From: Octopus vulgaris
Taxonomy: Eukaryota
Length of the DNA stretch: 64,000 nt
NCBI GenBank assembly: GCA_951406725.2
Contig: OX597819.1
Span: 93,558,001 to 93,622,000, forward strand
Reading direction: 5' to 3'
This document shows positions 39,495-52,150 of the stretch, one piece after another. The notes under the pieces are model-generated. The model was not told where the DNA came from and searched no databases. It saw only the letters and a list, made by a program, of their open reading frames with translations. Made by a program: the position numbers and the translations under genes. The stretch's first letter is position 1. The number at the start of each line of letters is the position of its first letter.

Positions 39495-39810
39495 TGGCTG
39501 AGCACTCCACAGACAAGTGTACCCTTAACGTAGTTCTTGGGGAAATTCAGAGTGACACAGTGTGTGACAAGGCTGGCCCTTTGAAATACAGGTACAATAG
39601 AAACAGGAAGAAAGAGTGAGAGAAAGTTGTGGTGAAAGAGTACAGTAGGGTTCTACCCTCCACCCCACCTCACCCCATCCCTGCTGGAGCCTTGTAGAGC
39701 TTTAGGTGTTTTCGTTCAATAAACACTCACAATGCCCGATCTAGGAATCGAAACCACGATCCTACAACTGCAAGTCTGTTACCCTAACCACTGGGTTATT
39801 GCACCTCCAT
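39495..39810 (-). mobile_element. tRNA-derived SINE (third family)
   Basis: Reverse complement GGAGGTGCAATAACCCAGTGGTTAGGG...GGTTTCGATTCC...GTGAGTGTTTATTGAACGAAAACACCTAAAGCTC; near-identical copy at 47225-47512. Confidence 0.85.
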
Positions 39811-39843
39811 GCTCTTTATATACACATACATAGACACACACTT

Positions 39844-39892
<49 letters not shown>

Positions 39893-40279
39893 TATAGATG
39901 TATACACACACAGAGACATATACATGCACACATACATACATGTTTATATAAATATATATATACACACTCACATGCACACACACATGCACACAAACACATA
40001 TATGCATTCACATATACACATACATATATAGAAATAAAAGAAACAGTCCAGCATACATCTCAGGGTAGCAGCTTAGAGGGTAATGCAGAGTACAAGGTAC
40101 ATAAAGTTCCCAATAAAAACTAGGTGAGATATTTGTCAGGAGTTATCAATATTACATTTATTGTTAGTACAACAAATACCATTCCTATTAAGGATATTAC
40201 TGTTCATGGAGTTTGAAGTATAGTTGTGCCCATGAATTGGACCCAAGCTGAACATTCAGCATATGGGTCACTACTCCCA

Positions 40280-40690
40280 CTGCCTGCTTCTATTAACATA
40301 GAATTTGTACTTGCTGTTTTCATGCAACACATCTCTAATCATTGACTCCGATACTTGAAGATGATTGGCAATGGTCCTCATTGACTTGGAATTTTCATTG
40401 ATGATGCCCTGAACTTGCTGGACAAATTCAATTTTTTTGATAATGTCTGACCATCAAAAATGTTATTTTCTCTTTTGACGATGGAAGACACATTCTCACC
40501 AGGTGCTATTTTCTGTTCTTAAACATGAAGAACCTGGCAACGAAAGGCACATTCTCACCAGGAGCTATTTTCTGTTCTTATACATGAAGAACCTGGCAAC
40601 ATCTAAGAAGGTTGAAATCTCAGAATCACTTTGGTTGGTGGCTAAGGTGACAAGAGTGGTATACCTTCTCATCATCTGCATTAAACTGAG
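40280..40690 (-). mobile_element. Tc1/mariner-superfamily transposase N-terminal relic
   Basis: QMMRRYTTLVTLATNQSDSEISTFLDVARFFMYKNRK* and EFVQQVQGIINENSKSMRTIANHLQVSESMIRDVLHENSKYKFY (HTH domains); internal ~59-bp tandem duplication at ~40489-40600. Confidence 0.8.
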
Positions 40691-41884
40691 AAAAAGAGAA
40701 TATTTATATAAACTTTGGCCACTTAAGTTACTCAAAGTGGCTAGTAACATGTATATGAACAACATAGACATATACAGATATGTATATTAAATATAATACT
40801 ATATCGATTCTTGATTTATTAAAATTATCTCTTGCTTCTAAAGGCTGTCACAGTTATCAAATGGAAATTGAGAAAGGCTTCATATGAGAAGAGGAAATAA
40901 TTTCAAGTGTCAATTCTCCAAAGTTGACATGCCATTAAAGAAATGAACAGGCTTATTGTCTGGAGGTAAGAGGACAATCATGGACATATGTTTGTAAGCC
41001 TCCATAGGTATCGTCAGTACACATAATATATATGTCTATACACACAAACACACACACACTCACACATATGCACACTCATACACACACACTCAAACACACA
41101 CGCACGAGCACACACATACACACGCATACACAAACAAACATACACATGCATACAAAAACAATATAAGTAATTTACTATTCTATTAGTGGAATCAAAAGAA
41201 AGGAGTACTCCAGTCAGTGAGACACAAAAAAAAAATCTTTTAACATACACAGTATTTAAATTTGAGCTACTATTAATTTCATGCTGTGAAAACTCAATAA
41301 ACTGACAGGCCTGTATAGCATGCCATGTGTTGCCAAGCGATCATTCAGACTCAAATTTACATCATGGCTGATTTTGAGGAAGGAGGCTGTTTTTCCCCCA
41401 AGACCAGTGTCCTTTCTCAATTTTCAAAAACGTACAGCCATATTGTATATTTGAGTCAGAAAGAGAGCTTGGAAACACAAGGCATGCTATACAAGCTTGT
41501 CACTTTGCTGTGTTTTCACATCAAGAAACTAATAAGAGCTTGAATGCAAATACTGTGTTTATAAATTGTTATGTACATATTTAATATTTCCTATGTATAC
41601 ATTTAGAAGTATGACTACTACAAGTGAATTTAGAGGGATACAAAGAGGATCATCACCCAATCTGCATTTGATCTGTGTCAACATAATTTATTAAGGTGTC
41701 CTCCTGAAGAACTCTTGTGTATCTACATCCAATCACACTATGAAAATCCACTGTAGAGGATGCAAATATTTACAATTACAAAACATGCATAGGGAATAAT
41801 TGATACAAATGTATCTTGTATTTATATGTGTATATATATAACATGTTTTCATGTATATATACATATATATATATATTGGTTTTA

Positions 41885-42038
41885 CGGAGTGGTTGGAATT
41901 AGGAAGGGCATCAAGCTGTAGAAACACTGCCAAATCAGACTGGAGCCTAGTGCAGCCTCCTGGCTTCCCAGACCCCGGTTGAACCGTCTAACCCATGCTA
42001 GCATGGAAAACGGACGTTAAACGATGATGATGATGATA
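41885..42038 (+). mobile_element. SINE-like 3' segment with (GAT)n tail
   Basis: GGAGTGGTTGG.ATTAGGAAGGGCATC.AGCTGTAGAAACACTGCC...GCATGGAAAACGGACGTTAAACGATGATGATGAT. Confidence 0.85.
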
Positions 42039-42145
42039 CACACATACACAAGTAAGCACATAAATGCAAAACAAGATGGAATAAAATAATACTCAAATAC
42101 CAAAAGGAGAGTAGTGTACTTTTTATAAAAGCCAAAATAAATCTT

Positions 42146-42187
<42 letters not shown>

Positions 42188-42596
42188 CAGTCAGACAGAC
42201 AAACAGACAGAAGACAGACAACTATGGAGATAGAGAGATGGAAACACAGACAGATAGACAGATATACAGAAAAACAGACAGACATATACACCTTTTTACT
42301 TGTTTCAATCATCGCACAGTGGCCTGAATTAAATTACAATAGAATTTATTAGAAATATTTGAATTTATGAGCCTCGGGGGTACCCTTCAGTTCTTCCATA
42401 ATAAATCTTATTACTCATAAATGCAGATGGTCAAATAAATCAAAGATATCCTGTCACATGCACTATACTGAATCCATTTAGCCAAGCTAAATACTTTTTG
42501 CAGGTTTTATCACCAAAGAGTAGTACACATTTTCCTCACAGCCAACCAAAACACAACACAATTGTTAAGTAATAAAGTAAGTGTTAACATATTTAA

Positions 42597-42811
42597 TCTT
42601 TTCTACTCTAGGCACAAGGCCCGATTTTGGGGGGAGTGGGGGTAGTCGATTAGAGTGACTCCAGTACGCAGCTGGTACTTTATTTATCAACCCCAAAGGG
42701 ATGAAAGGCAAAACTGACCTGGGCAGAATTTGAACTCAGAACATAAATACACACGAAATACTGCTAAGCATTTTGCCCAGCATGCCAGTGTTTCTGCCAG
42801 CTTGCTGCCTT
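42597..42811 (-). mobile_element. OR1-like SINE
   Basis: TCTTTTCTACTCTAGGCACAAGGCCC...GATGAAAGGCAAA...GAATTTGAACTCAGAAC...TTCTGCCAGCTTGCTGCCTT; flanked by AGTGTTAACATATTTAA on both sides (~42580 and ~42812). Confidence 0.85.
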
Positions 42812-43039
42812 AGTGTTAACATATTTAACGCAGCAAACATGATAACCATAATTAATGGAAACTATATTTGTATTGAGGAAAGTTAAACTTTGATGTACAA
42901 TACTTAACAAGTAAAAATAATGGGAAGAGAGACAATTCAACATCAAAATGGGAAACTAAACAATATCACCAAGGTACAGGCATGGCTGTGTGGTAACAAG
43001 TTTGCTTCCCAACCACATGGTTTTGAGTTCAGTCCCAAA

Positions 43040-43290
43040 CGTTAAAGATAACATGATTGTCAAAAATTTTCAACCGTCCACACCTGTGTTATGCAGGCAG
43101 TGTGAGAGAGAGAAGAGTATTTCTGGGACACATGCAATCTTCCCAGAGCAACTCTTTCAGTCCAGAGCTGAAGAACTATCTCTATTGCCCCAATGTAGGT
43201 TTCTACGTTGACCCTAAGACCTATTGGGAAAAAGTGAAGAGGCATGACATGGCCTTCATTGCTCACATTCTCAAGAACTTCACAGATGAT
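43040..43290 (-). mobile_element. Tc1/mariner transposase catalytic-domain relic
   Basis: VLENVSNEGHVMPLHFFPIGLRVNVETYIGAIEIVLQLWTERVALGRLHVSQKYSSLSHTACITQVW matches V.GVVS.EG.VMPP.FF..GL.VN...Y..VL...V.PW.......YVFQQDSAP.H; the catalytic D is lost. Confidence 0.85.
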
Positions 43291-43638
43291 GAGCAGATTT
43301 GGCAGATGGAAACTGAACAAAATTTGTTGTGTATCAGTGCATCTGTGTGTGTGTACATATATAACAATTATAATGATAAGGAGAATGGAGATTTTTCACA
43401 TCCATAGCTTATTTAACAGTCATTTACAGCATATTATCTAGACCTACACGTGTTTCAACTGCAGCAACTGCACACTGTTGGATATGCAACCTAGTTACCA
43501 GGATCTAACTACTCATTGTTAGCTCAAGTTGTGGTTAGCCAGTATCTGAAACCGACTTGAGATGAAATATAGTAACTGCCAGGATAATAAATCCCTTTAA
43601 ACTCATTTTTGAAATACACACACACACACATATATATG

Positions 43639-43683
<45 letters not shown>

Positions 43684-43789
43684 TTATGAGTCTTTGACAA
43701 CTGGTGTTGGATTCTTTAAAATCCCTGTAATGTAGTGGTTTGGCAAAAGAGACTAGTAGGATAAGTATAAAAATAAAAAAAAATAATAA

Positions 43790-44030
43790 ATGTGCCCTTT
43801 TAAAGCCTAGCCAAGCTCATGGACCTGGTTTCGATGGTGTATGTGTTCCCCAGCTGGATGGGACACCAGTCCATCACAGCGTTACTCATTTTTGCCAGCT
43901 GAGTAGACTGGAGCAACGTGAAATGAAGTGTTTTGCTCAAGAACACAATGCATCACCTGGTCCAGGAATTGAAACCACAATCTTATGACCATGATGCTGA
44001 CACCCTTACCACTAAGCCACGTGCTTCAAC
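43790..44030 (-). mobile_element. tRNA-derived SINE (V-domain-like), nested in an OR2-like SINE
   Basis: Reverse complement GAAGCACGTGGCTTAGTGGTAAGGG...GGTTTCAATTCCTGGACC...GATGGACTGGTGTCCCATCCAG. Confidence 0.75.
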
Positions 44031-44916
44031 AGTTGGATAAGTACAAAACTTAAAAACACATACACATACAAAAAACAAAAATTCACTAGAGCTGAATCGT
44101 TCAACTAAACCCTTCAGAGTTATGTCCCTGCATGGCTGCAGTCCAATGACTGAAACAAGCAAAAGATAAAAGGCATTGTATCTAAATTTCATTGCAAATA
44201 TAGCTCAAAGGAAGAATTAGTTATGGCAGTTTTCTTGCCTGCAATACACAGCACGAAACTAGATTTTCAGATGTGTGTCAATGGCCTGAACCACGCGATT
44301 CTATCACTATCATCAGCCATCACTACAACAATCTTTGCATTATTACATTAAATAAGATTTTATATGTCTCAGACAATTGATCAGAAAATGCATATCAGTT
44401 ATACATTACATTTCAGTGCTTAACACAATCAAAAGCTTCAAGCAGTAATAATTCCTGCAAAATACCTACTTATGCTAATTATTTTATCCTTTCAATGCCA
44501 GTAGGAAAAATAAATGTAAAATATTGAATGTTTGCACTTGTACATATATTTAATGGAAATATATTGCGGTTTGGCAGACTTTTATAGGGAACGACTGAAT
44601 TTACGATCCTCCAATAGCCATTTAGCTACTCTAAAACCAACATTTTAAATCAAGTTCATGCAAATTTCTATTTCTGACTGGATATTATTCTGTTATTATT
44701 GTCCCTGCATTGTTCAATTTACTTTTAGTGTATTACATACACACGTAAGTGCACACACAAAAACACAAGCACATTCATACACTCACATATATACACAAGG
44801 ATGCATGCACATTTGTGTGTATATATATATATATATGTGTGTGTGTGAAAATATATATAATGTATATATATGTGTGTATTTGTATGTATAAATATATCTA
44901 TATACATGTAATTATG

Positions 44917-44948
<32 letters not shown>

Positions 44949-45169
44949 TTTGTGTGTATGTGTGTGTGTATGAGTGTATGTACACACACACACACATATA
45001 TATATATATATGTGTGTGTGTGTATACATACACATACACTCATATATATATATATTTAGTGAAGGTGCATGGCTTAGTGGTTAGGGTGTTGCACTCACGA
45101 ATGTTTATCAGATCAACTGGAACTCTTGTCATAACCAACGGTGTGCCAGTTATATACACACACACACAT

Positions 45170-45213
<44 letters not shown>

Positions 45214-46094
45214 TTTTTATATCTTTTATCCTTTTACTTGTTACAGTCATTAGACTGCAGCCCTGCAGGAGTACTGTCTTGTAGGGCTTTTTTTATGTTG
45301 AATGAATTGACACCATTACTTATATTTTAAGCCTGGAACTTAAAATACACACACATATATGTAAATCTGCATATATATATATATATATAAAAGTATGTAT
45401 TTACCTACACATATGTAGATAGATAGGTAGATACATAGGTAGATAGATAGATAAATAGATAGATAAATAAATAGATAGATAGATAGATTGATAGCATGCT
45501 ATATATTTCAGTCTCTTTTTCCTTTTCTGCCTCTCTCTCTTTCTTGCCCCTCCCCTCTCTTCCATTTCAACCATGACTTTCTACCACCCCACCTTAGCCT
45601 TATTTCTCTTTCCCAATGTCAATTCTTCCTGAACTTTCTTTGTGTTTCACCAGTATATTCAAGTTATCACAGTTAATGAGAAGTTAAGTATTCATTTATT
45701 CATATTTATCATAGAATCATATTAAGTAGCTGCTATGAAACATGACTTTATCTTTCTATTCTGCCATTGGTATTAACACATCGACAGTAATATTCTTGAA
45801 GTCTATTTTCCGCTCTCATCTTGTCAGATATCACCTCTTACTTTGGATTATAGTATATTTAATACAGATACCACCACGTCACTGAAAAAAAATTTGTATG
45901 GAGTTCTTACAATATTTAAATCAACTAGGTCAAATCAAAATGTAGACCAAATTTGACTTGGAGAAAATACTTCTTTTTATATTCCTGGAATAGTTTTCAA
46001 CTATTTATATGATCTTAGGGATATTTTTTCTTTTGGTTTCATAACAGTAAGAATGGAGTGTCTGTGAAAGAGAACTCCTACAAGAAAACAAATA

Positions 46095-46137
<43 letters not shown>

Positions 46138-46357
46138 TCTGTCTATGTAATCTCAAATTTTAAAACAAACGCATCATTTTCTTATGGTTTCTTAAACATT
46201 CTCTAGAACAATACAATGTACAAAACCTAGGCATAACACCAACATGAACTTCTAACTAGTTGTCTCTTGGGGTCTCTTGGTGAGAGTTGGAGCCAACTTG
46301 TATAAATGCAAAGCAAAAGTCAAACATAAAATTAAAAATAATAATAACTAATATTAA

Positions 46358-46776
46358 TCCATTCTATTATAGGTACAAGGCCTGAAATTTAGGGGTAGGA
46401 GACTAGTCGATAACATCAACCCCAGTTTTTCACTGGTACTTAATTTATTGACCCTGAAAGGATGAAAGGCAAAGCTGACCTCAGTGGAATTTGAACTCAT
46501 AACGTAAAGATGGACGAAATTCTGCTAAGCATTTTGCCTGGCATGCTAACAGTTCTGCTAGCTTGCTGCCTTAATAATAATAATTCTTTCCACTAAAGGC
46601 ACAAGGCCTGAAATTTTGGGGGAGGTGACTCGTCGATTACATCAACCTCAGTTTCCCACTGATACTTAATTAATCGACCACAAAAGGATGGAAGGCAAAG
46701 TCAACCTGGGCAGAATTAGAACTCAAAGTAAAGACTGACACAATGCTGCTAAGCATTTTACCCCTGCCAGCTCACA
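46358..46776 (-). mobile_element. Two tandem OR1-like SINEs (46358-46573 and 46584-46776)
   Basis: Each reads ...ACAAGGCCTGAAATTT...GTCGAT.ACATCAACC...AAAGGATG.AAGGCAAAG...CTGC.AGCT. Confidence 0.85.
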
Positions 46777-47019
46777 ATTATGACGACGATGATGATGATG
46801 ATGATGATGACAACAACAAGGACAAGGGCAACAATGATGATGGCAAAGAGCATGATGAGGCAGGAGGAGTATTTTTTATATATTTATATGTAACTACATA
46901 CACACGGGCAGATACATAGTCATAGAGAAAGAGATATATCTAAGAAGTTTGATTCACAGCTACTAGGTTTTGGGCTTGATTCATGGTACAGAGCACCATG
47001 TGTAAGCATTTTTTCTTGT

Positions 47020-47512
47020 AACTCCCTTCGGTCATGAATGACCATGGGATTGCACCTAGAAAGTTACCCTCCGAGGCACAAGTCTGGGCAAGGTTGTTTA
47101 TGGAAGACCAGCAGTTGCCCATGCATACCTGCCTCCCCTCTCCATGCCACCAATATTATCCAAGGGAAAGGCAAAGGCCGATACAGCTTGGCACCAGTGA
47201 CGTCACAGCTCATTTATTAATATGCAAGTGGCTGAGCACTCCACAGACACATGTACCCTTAACGTAGTTCTTGGGGAGATTCAGCGTGACACAGATTGTG
47301 ATAAGGCTGGCCGTTTGAAATACAGGTATAACAGAAGCAGGAAGAAAGAGTGAGAGAAAGTTGTGGTGAAAGAGTACAGCAGGGTTCACCACCACCCCCT
47401 GCCGGAGCCTTGTGGAGCTTTAGGTGTTTTCATTCAATAAACACTCACAATGCCTGGTCTGGGAATAGAAAAGCGAGTCTGCTGCCCTAGCCACTGAGCC
47501 ATTGCGCCTCCA
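47020..47512 (-). mobile_element. Third-family tRNA SINE (47225-47512) joined to an RTE-like tail segment (47020-47210)
   Basis: Head GGAGGCGCAATGGCTCAGTGGCTAGGGCAGCAGACTC on the minus strand; GGAAGACCAGCAG...CTCTCCATGCCACC...TTGGCACCAG also occurs in decayed form at ~8575-8660. Confidence 0.75.
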
Positions 47513-47942
47513 TGTATAAGCATAACCCCTAGCTAAGTAATGCCTAGTCAGTAAATTTGGTTGGCAGAAACTGTGCAGTAGCCTGTTTGTGCTTGCATTT
47601 CTTTGTTTCTGTGTTTGTCTCTTGCCACTTGGCAACTGGCATTTGTTTGTGAGAATTTGAAGCAAGATACATGTCTGAGGAGATGCAAAATTCATTATGA
47701 TAGGAAATTAAATCTTTCTAACAGTAAATTAGAACTAATAGCTGGCTGGCTTGCTAATACAGGCTATATCTATATCTGACTTGATTATTTTAAAATGCTT
47801 ATTTAAAAACATTATCATCAAATCACACATAGCAGAACCATTCATTATTGTATAGTTGTATTTCAGTAGGGATAGTTTTTTTTTTCTCTGTGCCAAGAAC
47901 TAACAGCTAACAGTTACCTGTGCAAATAGCATTTCTTTAACT

Positions 47943-48434
47943 CAGTGTTACTCAACCATTTTTTTTACCTATGGACCTCTTTGATTTCTATTTTACTTTA
48001 CTGCACCCTCATAGACATTTGCTATTTAAAAAATCCTGTTATATTTCTATAATTATGTACCATTAGAAATTGAATTAAAGAGACAACAAACTGTCAGAAA
48101 CGTTAGCACTCCAGGTGAAATGCTTAGCAGTATTTCATCTGCTGTTAGGTTCTGAGTTCAAATTCCACCGAGGTCAAATTTGTCTTTCATCCTTTCAGGA
48201 TCGGTAAATTAAGTACCAGTTATGCACTGGGGTCTATGTAATCGACTTAATTCCTTCGTCTGTCCTTGTTGTCCCCTTTATGTTTAGCCCCTTGGCAATA
48301 AAGAAATGAGAAATTGAATTAAAGAATTAGTTGAAGCATTTTGTATATTGAAGATGTATAACTAATTGATTGGACATAAATTTAAACAACAAGGACCCCA
48401 CAAGGGCCATATGGACCCCAACTGAGAACCATTG
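47943..48434. mobile_element. hAT-like MITE interrupted by an OR1-like SINE (48082-48308)
   Basis: Termini CAGTGTTACTCAAC / CTGAGAACCATTG with GGACCC motifs; imperfect 8-bp flanks CTTTAACT/CTTTACCC. SINE TSD AGAAATTGAATTAAAGA at 48065-48081 and 48309-48325. Confidence 0.8.
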
Positions 48435-48479
48435 CTTTACCCTTTAGCATTCAGATCACTCTATCAAATCTAATTCTTT

Positions 48480-49275
48480 ATTTGTTTACTTGTTTCAATC
48501 ATTTGATTGGGGCCATACTAGAACACCTCCTTGAAGTGTTTTTGTCAAACAACTCGACCCCGGGAATTATTTTTAAGCTTAGTACTTATTCTATTGGTCT
48601 CTTTGCTGAACTGTTAAGTTATGGGGGACATAAACACAACATCATTGGTTGTCACGCAATGATGGGGGGACAAACACAGACACAAAGACACACACACGCA
48701 CACACATGTATATGACAGGTTTCTTTCAGTTTCTGTCAACCAAATCCACTCACAAAGCTTTGGTCAGCCTTAGGTTATAGAAGAAGACACTTGCCCAAGG
48801 TGTCATGCAGTAGGCTAAAATATATAAATACCTTTTATTAAAGCCTTTTTTCTTTGCAATAGGCACAAAATGCATTGCATTTTTATTAAAGCTAGGTGCA
48901 CCACGAAAATAATGAAACTATTGTGAGACATTGTGGAAATATAAATAAAAGATACAACAGAATCTTTTATCTTTTACTTGTTTCAGTCATTAGACTGGGA
49001 CCATGTTGAGGCACCACCTTGAAGAAATTTTAGTTGAATGAATTGACCCCAATATTCAATATTTTTGCTAAGTCTGGTACTTATTCAGTTAGTCTCTTTT
49101 GCTCAACTGCTAAGTTATAGAGGCATAATCACACCAACACTAGTTGCCAAGCAGTGGCGAGAAACAAACACAGACAAAAAGACACACACACATATGTATA
49201 TATATATATATATATACGTTTAAATATTTGCATACATTTATTGGCTAAACTGGCAATATGACCATTCCGAAATAT

Positions 49276-49312
<37 letters not shown>

Positions 49313-49520
49313 TTGTTTATTTACTTGCTTCAGTCATTTGACTGCGGCCATGCTGGAGCACCACCTTTAGTCGAGCAAATCGACCCCGGGACTTATTCTT
49401 TGTAAGCCCAGTACTTATTCTATCGATCTCTTTTGCCGAACCGCTAAGTGACGGCGACGTAAACACACCAGCATCAGTTGTTAAGCAATGCTAGGGGGAC
49501 AAACACAGACACACAAACAT

Positions 49521-49582
<62 letters not shown>

Positions 49583-49742
49583 GACAGGCTTCTTTCAGTT
49601 TCTGTATACCAAATCCACTCACAAGGCTTTGGTCAGCCTGAGGCTATAGTAGAAGACACTTGCCCAAGATGCCAGGCAGTGGGACTGAACCCGGAACCAC
49701 GTGGTTGGTAAGCAAGCTACTTACCACACAGCCACTCCTGCA

Positions 49743-49788
<46 letters not shown>

Positions 49789-49945
49789 AGGCTTCTTCCA
49801 GTCTCCATTTAACAAATCCGTTCACAAGGCTTTGGTCGACCTGATGCTACAGTAGAAGACACTTCCCCAAGGCAGGCATCACACATAGGACTGAACCCAA
49901 AGGCATGTGGTTAGAAAGCAAGCTTCTTATCACACAGCCACACCT
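48480..49945 (-). mobile_element. Cluster of four same-orientation OR2-like SINEs (48480-48815, 48963-49190, 49313-49745, 49785-49945)
   Basis: Repeated TTTTACTTGTTTCAGTCATT.GACTG.GGCCATG... units; the 49313-49745 copy is full length and close to consensus. Confidence 0.85.
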
Positions 49946-50464
49946 AAAAATCAGCAGTCATGGGTTTAAAAGTGTTAAGAAAATTGAGACCAGGCATGGC
50001 TATATCTTTGAATAACCAGACAATTTGTCAAAAACATGACAGTTCATGACAATACAATTTATTTAGCTATAGATAAGTTTAAATCTTTATTCAGCAAAAC
50101 CAAAATCGAGTTTATGCAATTTGATTTATATAAATGTAGCATTATCACATTCTAGTCTGTGGAATTAACCGTTTTTCTTAGTACTTGATTGATTTATTTG
50201 CATATATGACCTGACCTTGGGAGCCTCAAGTGATTTCAGGAGACTACAGGAATTATGTAAGATTTAATTGATTTTTTTCTTGAATCAAGTATGAACCAGT
50301 GTATATCTCTCTCTCTCTCTTTCTCTCTCTCCCTCTCTATCTATCTATCTATCTATCTATCTGCCTGTCTATCTATATGTGTGTGTGTATGTATGTGCAT
50401 ATATATATATTGGTATATATGTATATATCTTTACATATGTATGTATGTATAGACAGATAGATAA

Positions 50465-50495
<31 letters not shown>

Positions 50496-51362
50496 GATAG
50501 ATAGACAGACAGATAGATGGGTTTTGATTCATTTATCATATTTAATTTCATATGAAGCAGTAACATTAATGAAATAACTGCTTACTCATCTAATGGAAAT
50601 GGAAAATTTGTAAAATCTCTTTCGCTGTAAGGAATAAATTGGTTGCACCTGTCTTAATATTTGTGAATATACATTAGCAGCAATACAAACAAGGTATAGA
50701 AATAGGGTACCATTTTGTGGAATTTCGATGTCTCTGTTGATAATATACTAATATGATCGTAAATTGAACAATCTGATTTTCACATCTTAGTATGACAGCA
50801 GTTATATATGGGCTACTGTATTGCAAACAGAAAATTGTAGACTCCTTCTGCCTTCACATAAAGTAGCTTTTTCATATTTTATCATAAACAGAAACTTTAC
50901 AGCACATACACCATTGATATTATCATGGAAAAATAATGCTGAGACATTCACAATATACTTTTTATTAGATTTTTCTGTAAGAAGAAGCTGTGATCTTGGC
51001 CTTGACAGGTCCTCCAAGACTAGCCAGATTGATGATGTTAACATTCCACTTAAACTAATGAAAGTAAAAGAATATAGGTATGACATGTGCAAAATGGAAC
51101 TTCCAGAAAGCTGACAGTCTGAGAAAAAAAATAACTCAGAATTAGTGATTACCGGGGGTGGAGGGCCATGTGTTGGGGTCAACACAGTGAGGGTGAAGAG
51201 AAGAGATGAGTGAGTCAAGAATGCCTGAGTAGTACATTACCATCCAGCTCTGAGAAGTACAGACTATTTTAGCAAACTATTAATAAATAATATATGTAGC
51301 TCTCACCAAATGTATTCAGTACCAGCTTTCTTTCATTTGTCCAATCACATATATACATCTAT

Positions 51363-51422
<60 letters not shown>

Positions 51423-51474
51423 AGATGTACTTGCATAGCAAGTGACTTGATCTGAGATCTTGTGCTGGAACGAA

Positions 51475-51697
51475 AACAATTGCAGTGTGGAAGGTGTTTA
51501 TAAGCCATTTAAGAAACACACAAAACCGTTAGATTCACTTCAACATTTGAATTTGATTTGAAGTTCTGTCAGAGAACAGGTTGCGGTCTCAAAGTGACGA
51601 AAATATTTTGACAAATTAAATTTAAATATTGAAGTGAATCTAACGGTTTCGTGTATTTCTTAAATGGCTTATAAACACCTTCCACGCTGCAATTGTT
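51475..51697. repeat. Long inverted repeat (~86-bp arms) in a (TA)n context, probably Penelope-derived
   Basis: AACAATTGCAGTGTGGAAGGTGTTTATAAGCCATTTAAGAAA...TTTGATTTG (51475-51560) versus CAAATTAAATTT...TTCTTAAATGGCTTATAAACACCTTCCACGCTGCAATTGTT (51612-51697). Confidence 0.9.
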
Positions 51698-51729
51698 ATA
51701 TATATATATATATATATATATTATTTATT

Positions 51730-52150
51730 ATGTTTTACTTGTTTCAGTCATTTAACTGAGGCCATGCTGGAGCATCACTCTGAAGAGTTTTAGTCAAACA
51801 AGTTAACCCCAGGACATTTTTAAAGCGGGGTACCTATTTTATCACTCTCTTTTGCCGACCTACTATGTGTGTATGCGTGTGTGTGTGTGTGTGCGTGCGT
51901 GCGTGCGTGTGTGTGTGTGTGTGCGTGCGTGCGTGTGTGTGTGTGTCTGTGTTTGTCCCCATAACATCACTTGACAACTGATGCTGGTTTGTTTACATCC
52001 CCATAATTCAGCGGTTCAGCAAAAGAGGCCTATAGAATAAGTACTAGGCTTACAAACAATGAGACCTGGAGTTGATTTGCTTGACTAAAGGGAGTGCTCC
52101 AGTATGGCCACAGTCAAACGACTGAAACAAGTAAAAGAATAGAAGAATAA
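51730..52150. mobile_element. Inverted pair of OR2-like SINE 3' halves around a (TG/GCGT)n spacer
   Basis: TTTTACTTGTTTCAGTCATTTAACTGAGGCCATGCTGGAGCA (51733-) versus TGCTCCAGTATGGCCACAGTCAAACGACTGAAACAAGTAAAA (-52136). Confidence 0.85.

Noticed and set aside
40844-40965. Pseudo-exon with AAG| acceptor and GAG|GTAAGA donor
   Set aside because: It has a stop codon in the channel frame and no homology; such sites are expected by chance in 60 kb. Only RNA-seq could rescue it as a poison exon.
50821-51218. Overlapping non-repetitive ORFs on both strands
   Set aside because: No recognisable domain; lengths are within chance expectation.
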